IMG/VR virus record: IMGVR_UViG_3300047157_000126
Span: 1 to 64,000 of that record
Length of the DNA: 64,000 nucleotides
Direction: 5' to 3' (one strand)
DNA from: a virus
Shown here: positions 38,875-47,335 of the stretch, in pieces
How the letters are laid out: each line of letters opens with the position of its first letter
How positions within the stretch are numbered: the first letter of the stretch is position 1
Notes under the pieces: generated by a model
Seen by the model: the letters and a program-made list of their open reading frames with translations, nothing else
The model's database searches: none
Told to the model about the DNA's origin: nothing
Program-made: the position numbers and the translations under genes

Positions 38875-39372
38875 TCAGTTCTCCCACACAGTTCCATACC
38901 AACTACTACCATGCTCAAAGTAACAGTCATGCTTTGCTAGTAACGCCTGTATCTTTTGTTCGTATTCCCAATGAGTTTTGGAATCCATGTATGCTAAGTC
39001 ACCATCTGTTGAAAGCCTGTCGTAAAAGAAACCACCGTCGTATATAATTCTAAACAGACCACCATTATCTGGCGCACCAAAGACATCACACCCACCAATT
39101 TCACAAAAAGAAGTTGTAGGTTCATTCGCTTCTTCAAGAGTCACAGGTTCTAGTCCTTCACTAGCAAATGTATTGTTGAGCAATACTAAACTATCTTTGT
39201 CATACTCACCGTATATTGTCCTCTCTCTTATGTGAAACATATCATCAAAGAGTTCTCTAAGTTCTAAGGCAATCTTTCGAGCCTTACCACTTAGCATATA
39301 TACGTTCATTTCTGCGGGCCATTCTTCGTTTGTTATTTCTGTCTTCATTTTTCTCATTCCTTTGTTATTCAT
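38875..39372 (-). CDS. Hypothetical early protein
   Basis: Acidic ORF flanked by two promoter repeats; true start probably MKTEIT near 39348. Confidence 0.6.
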   Translation of the reverse strand: MNNKGMRKMKTEITNEEWPAEMNVYMLSGKARKIALELRELFDDMFHIRERTIYGEYDKDSLVLLNNTFASEGLEPVTLEEANEPTTSFCEIGGCDVFGAPDNGGLFRIIYDGGFFYDRLSTDGDLAYMDSKTHWEYEQKIQALLAKHDCYFEHGSSWYGTVWEN

Positions 39373-39388
39373 TTCTTTATATAGAATC
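39368..39388 (-). promoter_or_regulatory. 21-bp promoter-like repeat, copy 2
   Basis: GATTCTATATAAAGAAATGAA; partial extra copy ATATAAAGAAA just upstream (~39393-39403). Confidence 0.8.
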
Positions 39389-39752
39389 TTAGTTTCTTTA
39401 TATGTGAGTGTGGATTTTGTGCTTTGTACGATTATTAATATGGACTTTAGACATATGTGTCATGTTTCATCTAGTTCTCTATGTATATATTATAATATAT
39501 ATGTATAAGTAAGTAATAATAAAGATAAGTAAGTGTACTTGTATAGTGTCTATACTAATCATCGGATTGATAGGATATGAGAGAGCATTCCCTCATGTAT
39601 GTATATGTGTATAGTAGATAGCCCTACCAAGACATACCCCCGACATAACACCGAGGCTGTTTTCTTTATGTACTGAAACCTATCAGGTAGGACAGCACGC
39701 TGTCTAGGGTAGGATTAGGGGTGAACTTTTGCGCTAATCAAAAGTTGGATAT

Positions 39753-39790
39753 AAAAAAAGGCCACCCCCCATTTAGAGGGGTGGGTTTTT
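39753..39790 (-). terminator. GC hairpin followed by oligo-T
   Basis: CCACCCC/GGGGTGG stem followed by T7 on minus, just after the 39797 stop. Confidence 0.65.
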
Positions 39791-39796
39791 GGTTAT

Positions 39797-39985
39797 TCAT
39801 TCCGCTATTACCGGCATCCATGGGTGACCGGAATCAGTAGCGCAATCTCTGCAATAGAAATCTATTATCTCTAGTCTCTCTGCGTGCCAGAGTATGGCAG
39901 CGTCAGCAACTTGAACTTTACATTCAGGGCAGTTTTCTATTTGTATTGCGGGCATTCTTAATATTTGGTTTTCCATATTTTTCAA
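39797..39985 (-). CDS. Small Zn-ribbon protein
   Basis: CPEC...CRDC; start probably MENQ after a GGAG RBS. Confidence 0.55.
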   Translation of the reverse strand: MKNMENQILRMPAIQIENCPECKVQVADAAILWHAERLEIIDFYCRDCATDSGHPWMPVIAE

Positions 39986-39990
39986 CTCCT

Positions 39991-40027
39991 GTTGGATAGA
40001 AGGGGGAGGCCGAAGCCCCGTCCCAAC
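39991..40027 (-). other. Intergenic hairpin with cUUCGg tetraloop
   Basis: Minus strand GTTGGGACGGGGC-TTCG-GCCTCCCCC...CCAAC immediately after the 40028 stop. Confidence 0.6.
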
Positions 40028-40771
40028 TTATTCGACAACTCCTTGTTCTTGTAGAGCGGCAAAAATCTCGTTTATCTTTGCTTTCAATTGTATGTTCTCA
40101 AGTCTCAAGTTTTCAACTGCTTTGTCTTTAGCAATCAGTTTTGCTGACTTTGCTTGACCTTTTACAGTCTTAACAGACTTGGAAGTTTTCTTTCCATTGC
40201 GTACAGTTTTCTTAACTTTCTTTGTAGTAACTCCATCTTGAGTTCCTTGCCAGACATATTTGCTGTATACTTTAGCAATCGCTTCTTGTCTTGGTGGGCC
40301 TTTTAGTCCATCGAAAGCCTTATGCCAATCACCATTTTCTTTTCTTGCATATGCTTTCATTGCTGCTTTCTTGGTTGTGAAAGGGACTGTAATTCCTTCA
40401 GCCCACCAAGCCACACCATCAGCAGCCTTGACATTTGCTGCTTTCTGAGTCATCAATTTCTTTACTGCTTTACATGCTGCTTGAAGTGGCTTAGCATTAT
40501 CAAGAGCAGTTGCTCTTTTAGCATCAGACTTACGACCTTCAATTGTATAAATCCTGTCAACCATTGCTCTTATTTCTGTGCGGCTAAAGTCAATATTATT
40601 ATTATCAAATGACTTGCGTCCTACTCTAATAGTTACTCTCTGCAAAGTTTCAGGGTTCAAAGGTATAGCGCAACGGGTTGCTTTACTTCGTAAGAAGGTA
40701 GCACATCTTGCTGCTATTTCTTTATTGCTTATTGTTTGCGGGGCATCATTGTTTGGTTTGTTTGTTTTCAT
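40028..40771 (-). CDS. Lys/Ala-rich basic protein with C-terminal coiled coil; first gene of the leftward arm
   Basis: 247 aa; GAGG RBS; downstream of promoter copy 1. Confidence 0.7.
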   Translation of the reverse strand: MKTNKPNNDAPQTISNKEIAARCATFLRSKATRCAIPLNPETLQRVTIRVGRKSFDNNNIDFSRTEIRAMVDRIYTIEGRKSDAKRATALDNAKPLQAACKAVKKLMTQKAANVKAADGVAWWAEGITVPFTTKKAAMKAYARKENGDWHKAFDGLKGPPRQEAIAKVYSKYVWQGTQDGVTTKKVKKTVRNGKKTSKSVKTVKGQAKSAKLIAKDKAVENLRLENIQLKAKINEIFAALQEQGVVE

Positions 40772-40795
40772 TCTTAAAACCTCGACAATATGTTC

Positions 40796-40816
40796 TTCGT
40801 TTCTTTATATAGAATC
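40796..40816 (-). promoter_or_regulatory. 21-bp promoter-like repeat, copy 1 (one mismatch)
   Basis: GATTCTATATAAAGAAACGAA. Confidence 0.75.
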
Positions 40817-41108
40817 TCTGTTTTTTGGCTGGAATCAAATCTTTTCTTCTCTTCTATTCCTGTATTATCCTAGATGTAAATACAATAGCGCATAGCGCTG
40901 CAACTCTATAAGAAGGTAGCAAAATGCTACCCATATGGATGGGAGGGTCAAGGAGGCGTAGTGGCTTGGTAACGTTTTGTGTTAAACACATTGGTGTTGG
41001 TACACATACTACCGCATTGGTGTGGTCTGGTGGGGGTAGGGCGTGGTGCATAAACGCTGTACTGCGCCCCTGTTTGTACCTACGCACCCACCCCCACATA
41101 CGTTAGGA

Positions 41109-41232
41109 TTAGCGGGGCTTTAGCGGGGACTTTAGCGCCAAACCCTACCCCCCAAAACAGCCCAGAAACCGCTTTAGCGCACCCCATTAGCGCACCTTAG
41201 CCGGAGGCATTACATTAGCGCAACCTTTAGCG
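41109..41232 (+). repeat. Cluster of TTAGCG hexamers in a GC-rich non-coding strand-switch region
   Basis: TTAGCG at 41109, 41120, 41132, 41174, 41187, 41215, 41227 plus variants; followed by A/T tracts to ~41332. Confidence 0.75.
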
Positions 41233-41359
41233 CCTTCTTTAGTCCCACACAGCGCTCGACAAAATTTTCCATAGAATGGCTTTTTTTGGGTTTTAGGGGG
41301 TACGCCTCAAAAAAAATTTTAGAAAAAATTTCATAACATAAACCACCCTCCCACTTATC

Positions 41360-41866
41360 GTGTCTGCATTCAACAAAGCATGGTCTGTTCTCAAAATGAC
41401 CGAAATGCCGATGGGAGGAGATGTACCGCCACAAGAGTCTTATTCCCACAAAGATTTGGATGCTGAGGCACTCATAGATTTCTTAATCCAAAATCTGGGA
41501 ATGGATTATCAAGAGGCGAAAACCCTTGTTACACACCACAAAACCAAGGAAATGGGTGAAAAATCTCGTAAAAAGCCTCCGAAAGACAATGGTGGTGATA
41601 TGTCCATGTCCCCTATGATGCCTATGGCTAAGGCAATGGATTTTCTCAAGGGTCGTGGGGATTTTAGAATGCGGAATGTGAAAAAGCCGCAAGTTCAAAC
41701 AAGAACTCCTGCTGATGTAAATCAGATGGATTACAATGAACTAACGCCAGATGAACAATTAGAAAGGCGCAGAAACAAAGTTAATTCTTATGAATCTGAA
41801 TACGCTAGAAAAAATCGAGAAGAAAAAGAAAGGCTTGCTCGTGAAATGGGAGAGGGTCAACAATGA
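41360..41866 (+). CDS. AWxxLK-tag protein
   Basis: GTG start; MSAFNKAWSVLK and internal MAKAMDFLKG. Confidence 0.7.
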   Translation: MSAFNKAWSVLKMTEMPMGGDVPPQESYSHKDLDAEALIDFLIQNLGMDYQEAKTLVTHHKTKEMGEKSRKKPPKDNGGDMSMSPMMPMAKAMDFLKGRGDFRMRNVKKPQVQTRTPADVNQMDYNELTPDEQLERRRNKVNSYESEYARKNREEKERLAREMGEGQQ

Positions 41867-41907
41867 CAGCGTTTGAAACAGCATGGCCTCTTTTAAAAGC
41901 CTACTAA
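41863..41907 (+). CDS. Tag-only 14-aa ORF MTAFETAWPLLKAY
   Basis: ATGA overlap with the previous stop, GGAGAGG RBS; only the shared motif. Confidence 0.55.
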   Translation: MTAFETAWPLLKAY

Positions 41908-41940
41908 AATAAGATAAAATAAACAAGGACATTGATTAAA

Positions 41941-42396
41941 ATGACAGCATTTGAAGCAGCATGGGATATATTAAAAAGCAATACACTAGAAAAACAATCA
42001 TATCATCCAGCAATTCATGGTTTGATGAATAGAAAAAGACTTGCTGATGCTTTTAATGTTGATATGGATGAAGATTTTGAAGGTCAACATTACGGTTCAG
42101 TTGAAGAGCCTTATACAATGTATGATGATGAAGTACCAACTATGCCTAATTACGAAGATGTAAAACACTTAGCAAATAAACCCTCATATTTCCAACCTAG
42201 TGATTTTGTAGATGAAGCACAAGGTATGGGTTATGAGCCGAAAGGTGCTAGTGGGCCTAATTCACTTAGAGCCGCAGAACAATCAGGTGAATTAAAAAGA
42301 CAATCTAGAGGTTTAGCGACTAGAGATGCGGAAGCAAGAAGAAGGCAAGGAGATTTTAGAAATTATCCTAAGTTTGATTACGGGGCAAATATTTAA
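41941..42396 (+). CDS. AWxxLK-tag protein, acidic
   Basis: MTAFEAAWDILKS. Confidence 0.7.
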   Translation: MTAFEAAWDILKSNTLEKQSYHPAIHGLMNRKRLADAFNVDMDEDFEGQHYGSVEEPYTMYDDEVPTMPNYEDVKHLANKPSYFQPSDFVDEAQGMGYEPKGASGPNSLRAAEQSGELKRQSRGLATRDAEARRRQGDFRNYPKFDYGANI

Positions 42397-42605
42397 TGAC
42401 AGCATTCAATGAAGCGTGGGATTTTCTCAAAGCAGACCCCATTGATATGCACGAATATCCCCCCGGTTCAGGTAATTTTATGTCTTTACAAGACATGATA
42501 ATGGCTAGAAACGCAGATGCTCGCAAAAATATGCAAAATATGACTCCAAAACCTAGACCAACAGGAGGTAACACGTATGACAAAAGACCTTCAGGTTGGC
42601 AATAG
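42396..42605 (+). CDS. AWxxLK-tag small protein
   Basis: MTAFNEAWDFLKA. Confidence 0.65.
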   Translation: MTAFNEAWDFLKADPIDMHEYPPGSGNFMSLQDMIMARNADARKNMQNMTPKPRPTGGNTYDKRPSGWQ

Positions 42606-43107
42606 ACCCTTCGACCAAGCGTGGATTGTACTCAAAGCGCCAATTTATGAGACACCAATATCTAATATTAATTTTCTAACTGGGAATCGAGAAGATTATG
42701 ATAATAATGAAGAGATTTTTGGTGGAATGTACCCCGAAGATAAAAGAAGAGACCACATACAGCAAATGACACCTAACGAGTATCTTAGTCGAACGCCCAA
42801 AACTTCACACCCTAATCTTGGAGGATGGTTTGAAGAAAAAATAAAACAGGCTATTGAAAATAATCAAAAATTAAGATTAGGTATGCCATGGGTTCAATAT
42901 GACCCAAACATTACAGACCCGAAAGACCGTGATTATAGACTAAACTCACATGATGGAAGAAATAGAATGGCCGCTATGCAAAAACTTGGGCATGGAGATA
43001 CTGAGTTTCCTGTAAGAGTTACACACTGGCCCCCTAAAAGGCAATTAACAATGCGAGAACAATTAGAAGAAGCAAAAAGAAGAGTAAAGGGTGGGGGGTT
43101 TTTATGA
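42577..43107 (+). CDS. AWxxLK-tag protein with ParB/Srx-like domain
   Basis: PFDQAWIVLKAPIYE; MTPNEYL...MPWV...HDGRNRMAAMQKLG...FPV. Confidence 0.65.
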   Translation: MTKDLQVGNRPFDQAWIVLKAPIYETPISNINFLTGNREDYDNNEEIFGGMYPEDKRRDHIQQMTPNEYLSRTPKTSHPNLGGWFEEKIKQAIENNQKLRLGMPWVQYDPNITDPKDRDYRLNSHDGRNRMAAMQKLGHGDTEFPVRVTHWPPKRQLTMREQLEEAKRRVKGGGFL

Positions 43108-43841
43108 ATCCCTTCGACCAAGCATGGCTCTTACTCAAGGAAGAAGAGGTTAGATATCATCCACAAGATGAACCTATGAGTGTTGAAGATATGGAATCAT
43201 ATTATGATGTAACTGAACTTGGACAAATCGCAGGTGAAAAACCGATGGCAGGGGATATATCAACGGGCGACACAAGAGAAGATAGAAAGAAACAAACAAA
43301 GGTTTTTGGACAAACATTTCGTGGTAAGCCTACATTCAATCTGATGCCTTTGGCTGGTGAAAACCGGGCTATGGTGAATCCAAATGCTGAAATCTTTAGG
43401 CGTAGTGAGATGAACCCCTTAGACCAAGCATGGGCTTTGCTCAAGAATGATGACGATGAGTTCAAACAAGCGGCTTACGGAACTTGGTATGAAGATGACT
43501 GGGCAGATAAAATGCCGGAGGATTTCGACTTTGATGCTTTTGATGCTGAAGATTATGATGAGGAGATACATAGAGAATATCCGACTGGACAAGTAGGTTA
43601 TAATCCGGGTATGAAGGATTTGCGGAGGTCGCAATACAATCCTTGGGAAAGTTCCGAAGAGAATGAGAAGCGATTTAATGATTTGATAAATAATCCTACC
43701 CGCAACCCTATTATTATTGTGAGAGATAAAAACGGAGAAGAGCACATTATCTCCGGTCATCATAGGATGGCGGCAAACATTGAAGCCGGAAGGCCACATC
43801 TCCCCGCTTTAGTTTTGAATATGATGAGGAATCAACAATGA
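43104..43841 (+). CDS. Double-tag protein with C-terminal ParB/Srx-like domain
   Basis: MNPFDQAWLLLK and internal MNPLDQAWALLK (43410); NPIIIV...IISGHHRMAA...G...LPA. Confidence 0.75.
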   Translation: MNPFDQAWLLLKEEEVRYHPQDEPMSVEDMESYYDVTELGQIAGEKPMAGDISTGDTREDRKKQTKVFGQTFRGKPTFNLMPLAGENRAMVNPNAEIFRRSEMNPLDQAWALLKNDDDEFKQAAYGTWYEDDWADKMPEDFDFDAFDAEDYDEEIHREYPTGQVGYNPGMKDLRRSQYNPWESSEENEKRFNDLINNPTRNPIIIVRDKNGEEHIISGHHRMAANIEAGRPHLPALVLNMMRNQQ

Positions 43842-44770
43842 ACCCCTTCGACCAAGCATGGTCTCTGCTGAAGGCTCCGATTTATGAAGCACCTTCCACA
43901 TTTGAAGAAGGTGATTGGCCTAATTATTCTGATTCACTAGGGCAAGATGATAGATTTACAATGTTGCCTAACCTAGAAGAAATGGGAAAACCGTACATGT
44001 GGGAATCTGAAGATGGTAATGCAAGGGGCACAATATATCCTGATGATTTTAGAAACTCGATAAAAATAGATAATTTTGAATTAAATAGTGATGTTAAAGG
44101 TCAAGGTAAAGCAAGAAAATATCTTGAAGATTTTATTGAAGAAGGTCAAGATTATTTTATTGATAATGATGGTTTTCTTCTTGACGGAGTACATGTTACA
44201 AATGTAGAACATGGTGCGACGGGTTTTTGGGATAAAATGGTTGATGCGGGTGTGATTGATGGAGCACATTCAACAGGCTACATTAGAACTAATATCGCTG
44301 GTGATGAACATTACACTCACGCTTATGACGATAAAAAGCAACCTTGGTCACATGAATTAAATCCTGAATACGCTGAATATCATGGTTTACCAACAGATGC
44401 TATTTATGACCAATTCGTAGAAAAAGCGTATGAATATCACGGAACCGTAGATTTACCTAGCGTTTTACAACACGGAATAAGAGGTGGAAGTCCTAAAACT
44501 CGTTCAAAACGTTATGTGCCAGAATCTCTAAGAGCAGCAGATTTAGTGAATTATACAACTACAGACCCAGAAGCGGCACTAAGATTTGCACAAGAAAGGG
44601 CAAGAAGAACAAAGCAAGACCCTTCAAAAGTAGGAGTTGTGCGAATGAAAACAGCAGATTTACCTGAATATGTAGAGCATCAAGAGCCAGATTATGGTGA
44701 TTTACAAGGTGGTATGAGTAGAGTTCGTCAAGGTTCAATACCCCCAGAAGTATTACAGCAGTGGTCTTAA
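43838..44770 (+). CDS. AWxxLK-tag protein: GNAT-like plus ADP-ribosyltransferase-like domains
   Basis: MNPFDQAWSLLKA; VKGQGKA and ATGFWDKM (GNAT); YHGT...VLQHGI...YTTTDPEAALRFA...IPPE (Tpt1/KptA-like ART fold). Confidence 0.65.
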   Translation: MNPFDQAWSLLKAPIYEAPSTFEEGDWPNYSDSLGQDDRFTMLPNLEEMGKPYMWESEDGNARGTIYPDDFRNSIKIDNFELNSDVKGQGKARKYLEDFIEEGQDYFIDNDGFLLDGVHVTNVEHGATGFWDKMVDAGVIDGAHSTGYIRTNIAGDEHYTHAYDDKKQPWSHELNPEYAEYHGLPTDAIYDQFVEKAYEYHGTVDLPSVLQHGIRGGSPKTRSKRYVPESLRAADLVNYTTTDPEAALRFAQERARRTKQDPSKVGVVRMKTADLPEYVEHQEPDYGDLQGGMSRVRQGSIPPEVLQQWS

Positions 44771-44932
44771 TACAAATATACCTACTATTATCAGCCCTAC
44801 CATAAGTGAAATAACTGATTTTCGAATTGTTTTGCGTATTTGTCCCCGTAAAAGGTCATTAAAAGCCTCATGAACCATGTAAAACGCGACTACGACGGGT
44901 TTATTTATAAAGCATACCTGCGATTACTACTG

Positions 44933-45124
44933 ATGAGTACCACTCCTGAACCTTTTACTGAGGCTTGGCAAGTGCTAAAAGCGTACCCGCCGGAATCAAA
45001 TTTTACTGTTGAAGAAAAACAAATTGTTATGTCAACAATTTTGAAGATGATGATGAGTGGTAATACTCGTCTAGAAGAGGAGGCTGGATTGCTTTTCCAG
45101 CGATATGCTAATTTACGACAGTGA
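44933..45124 (+). CDS. AWxxLK-tag small protein
   Basis: MSTTPEPFTEAWQVLKAY; TTTATAAA box ~25 nt upstream. Confidence 0.6.
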   Translation: MSTTPEPFTEAWQVLKAYPPESNFTVEEKQIVMSTILKMMMSGNTRLEEEAGLLFQRYANLRQ

Positions 45125-45137
45125 GTTCGCACACCCC

Positions 45138-46058
45138 ATGAGTGACCCAGTAACAATTTATGAAGTGGGTCCAAGAGACGGTTTACAGTCTATTTCTAAA
45201 GAAGTTCCTACTGAGCAAAAAGCGTATTTAATTGATATGTTAATTGCAGCGGGATTGGATAAAATAGAAGTTGGAAGTTTTGTGAATCCCGCTTTGGTAC
45301 CTCAAATGAAAGATACCGCACTGGTTTTAAAGGGAATAAATCAAGAAGATAATCAAATTTCAGCATTAGTCCCAAACGCAAAAGGTTTAGAATTAGCAAA
45401 AGAAGCGGGTGTGAATCTCTTCAATATCTATCTTTCACCTTCTCCAGAGTTCAATACCCGCAATTTAGGTACTCCAAGTATTGATAGAATACTAGAAAGA
45501 TATGAAGTTGCTCTAGAGGAGGTTTTTCCTGAACAAGTGAGGTTATACATTTCTTGTGCTTTTGGTTCCGCTTTCGATGATTATGATGAGTCTCTTTTTA
45601 TTCAAATCTTAAAATGGGGGGCTGAAAACTCTTCCACAATAGTTTTAGCAGACACTACAGGAATAGCAACTCCAAAAGAAATTACCACCGTGGTAAAAAT
45701 TGCCCGCGAAATTATGCCAAATTTAGCCATTCACCTTCACAAGCCTAGTAGTAGGAAGGTTGAATTTTCGCATTTACTGGATGCTGCCTACTTATCCGGT
45801 ATTAGGGAGTTCGATACTTCTTTGGGTGGTTTAGGTGGTTGTCCTTTTGTTCCGGGTAGTTTTGGTAATTTACCAACTCGGTATTTAATTGACTGGGCTT
45901 CGGATTACGGAATTGAAATTGAACAATCTGTAGATATTGCAAAATTAGAGGCTGCTGAAATGTACCTAAAAGGAATTGTTAATATTCCGATGGCTGAAAG
46001 AGCCTATATTTATGTTTCAGGAAAACTGAGTGGTATTCGTAGAAGCCTTATCTCTTAA
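45138..46058 (+). CDS. hmgL: Hydroxymethylglutaryl-CoA lyase (DRE-TIM metallolyase)
   Basis: EVGPRDGLQ, SFVNP..VPQM.D, LADTTG, HLH, GLGGCPF.PG..GN. Confidence 0.9.
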   Translation: MSDPVTIYEVGPRDGLQSISKEVPTEQKAYLIDMLIAAGLDKIEVGSFVNPALVPQMKDTALVLKGINQEDNQISALVPNAKGLELAKEAGVNLFNIYLSPSPEFNTRNLGTPSIDRILERYEVALEEVFPEQVRLYISCAFGSAFDDYDESLFIQILKWGAENSSTIVLADTTGIATPKEITTVVKIAREIMPNLAIHLHKPSSRKVEFSHLLDAAYLSGIREFDTSLGGLGGCPFVPGSFGNLPTRYLIDWASDYGIEIEQSVDIAKLEAAEMYLKGIVNIPMAERAYIYVSGKLSGIRRSLIS

Positions 46059-46403
46059 CATCTGACGAGTTTCAGCCGCTAACTGTCCGTACCTTTCATC
46101 TTTTTCTGTCAATTTGGTTTTTTGATTGCCAATTTCTCCTGACATTCTCCCTAACCCGAAAGACGGTACCCCAAATGTCGCTCCGGTTTTTGCTGCGCCT
46201 GAAACCCCAACTTTACCTGCTCCTGATGCAATTGATGGCACACTACTAGCGGCAGTTGTTGTCATAGCACCTCCACCAATTGTTCTTGCTGCGCCACCTG
46301 CTACGTGTTTTCCACCTTGTCCAAGAACCATAGGAATAAATCTACTTCCTGCTGCCGCAACAAAAGGTATAGCAGGTGCAGCCTTGACTAGAACATAGCC
46401 CAT
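46017..46403 (-). CDS. Gly/Ala-rich protein, opposite strand to its neighbours
   Basis: MGYVLVKAAP...; GGGTGG RBS. Confidence 0.55.
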   Translation of the reverse strand: MGYVLVKAAPAIPFVAAAGSRFIPMVLGQGGKHVAGGAARTIGGGAMTTTAASSVPSIASGAGKVGVSGAAKTGATFGVPSFGLGRMSGEIGNQKTKLTEKDERYGQLAAETRQMLRDKASTNTTQFS

Positions 46404-46457
46404 TGAAACCACCCAATCAGCGAAATGGTAAAAGTGTTCTGCTTGTCTCGAATACTG

Positions 46458-46693
46458 TGATTGAACCAGCCGACATCATAGATGACCTCTTAAAAGGTCA
46501 ATTCGGATATGCTGGTAAAAGTTACATTTCTGACCGACCAAAAAAGCAAGCAAAGGCTAAAGTTCAACGATTAGCCCGGAAGGTTAAAACCCGAAAAACC
46601 AAAGCGAAGTACGCAAGACAGGTATCGCGAGGAGTACAAAGACCAAAAATGCGTAAACAAACTGGTTTAGTTAGAGTATCAAGGAGTAGATAA
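46458..46693 (+). CDS. Small highly basic protein
   Basis: DDLLKG then a K/R-rich segment; GTG start inferred. Confidence 0.5.
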
Positions 46694-46694
46694 A

Positions 46695-46988
46695 ATGGAC
46701 GCATTTGAAATGTCATGGAACTTATTAAGAAAAGCATGGTATGATTCTGTAGATGATAGACATAGAGAGCAACCTTTTGATAGAAATGATGATTTTGCAC
46801 CTTTTACAACTAGAGCAGAAAAAATGGCCGCTGCGAGGTTACACTCACAAGCAATGCGCCAAGATAATGAGCCAACAGGTACACCGCTAGATGATTATGA
46901 TGAAGTTCCACAAGATGAATTTGCTAATATGTCTAAAGATAAATTAGTGGCTATGGTTAGAAGAATGATGCAAGAAAAGGAGATGTAA
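46695..46988 (+). CDS. Tag-variant protein
   Basis: MDAFEMSWNLLRKAW. Confidence 0.65.
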   Translation: MDAFEMSWNLLRKAWYDSVDDRHREQPFDRNDDFAPFTTRAEKMAAARLHSQAMRQDNEPTGTPLDDYDEVPQDEFANMSKDKLVAMVRRMMQEKEM

Positions 46989-46990
46989 GT

Positions 46991-47326
46991 ATGCGTGAAG
47001 AAAAAATGGACGGAAAAAAGAAAAAGAAAGGAATGAGTTTAGTAATTGCTGTTACTCCACCTTCTCCTAAATCACCACAAGACACAGCGACACCCGAAGC
47101 AATGAAAAAAGCCTTTGAGTTTTTGAAAGATTACAACCAAATGGGAGTTGGTGCTGGTGCTGCTCAAGGAATGAATCTACAGGCTATACGTCAAAAAGTT
47201 CACGAAATGGACGCAAGAGCGCAACAAATGATGGCTACTGACCCACACGGTGCTTCACAAATGCGAGCAGAAGCGGATTATTTAGCAAACCAACTTCAAG
47301 AAATGATGAATGCTCGAAGACAATGA
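46991..47326 (+). CDS. Hypothetical protein with internal tag variant
   Basis: AMKKAFEFLKD. Confidence 0.6.
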   Translation: MREEKMDGKKKKKGMSLVIAVTPPSPKSPQDTATPEAMKKAFEFLKDYNQMGVGAGAAQGMNLQAIRQKVHEMDARAQQMMATDPHGASQMRAEADYLANQLQEMMNARRQ

Positions 47327-47335
47327 GGGGGTTAC

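Noticed and set aside
19260-40816. The 21-bp repeats as a CRISPR array
   Set aside because: Copies are 0.5-5 kb apart, contain a TATA box and precede RBS/ATG; there are no regular spacers
40854-41449. ORF-track calls 40854-41099, 40924-41106 and 41210-41449 as genes
   Set aside because: No RBS, atypical composition, and they overlap the repeat region or the real 41360 gene
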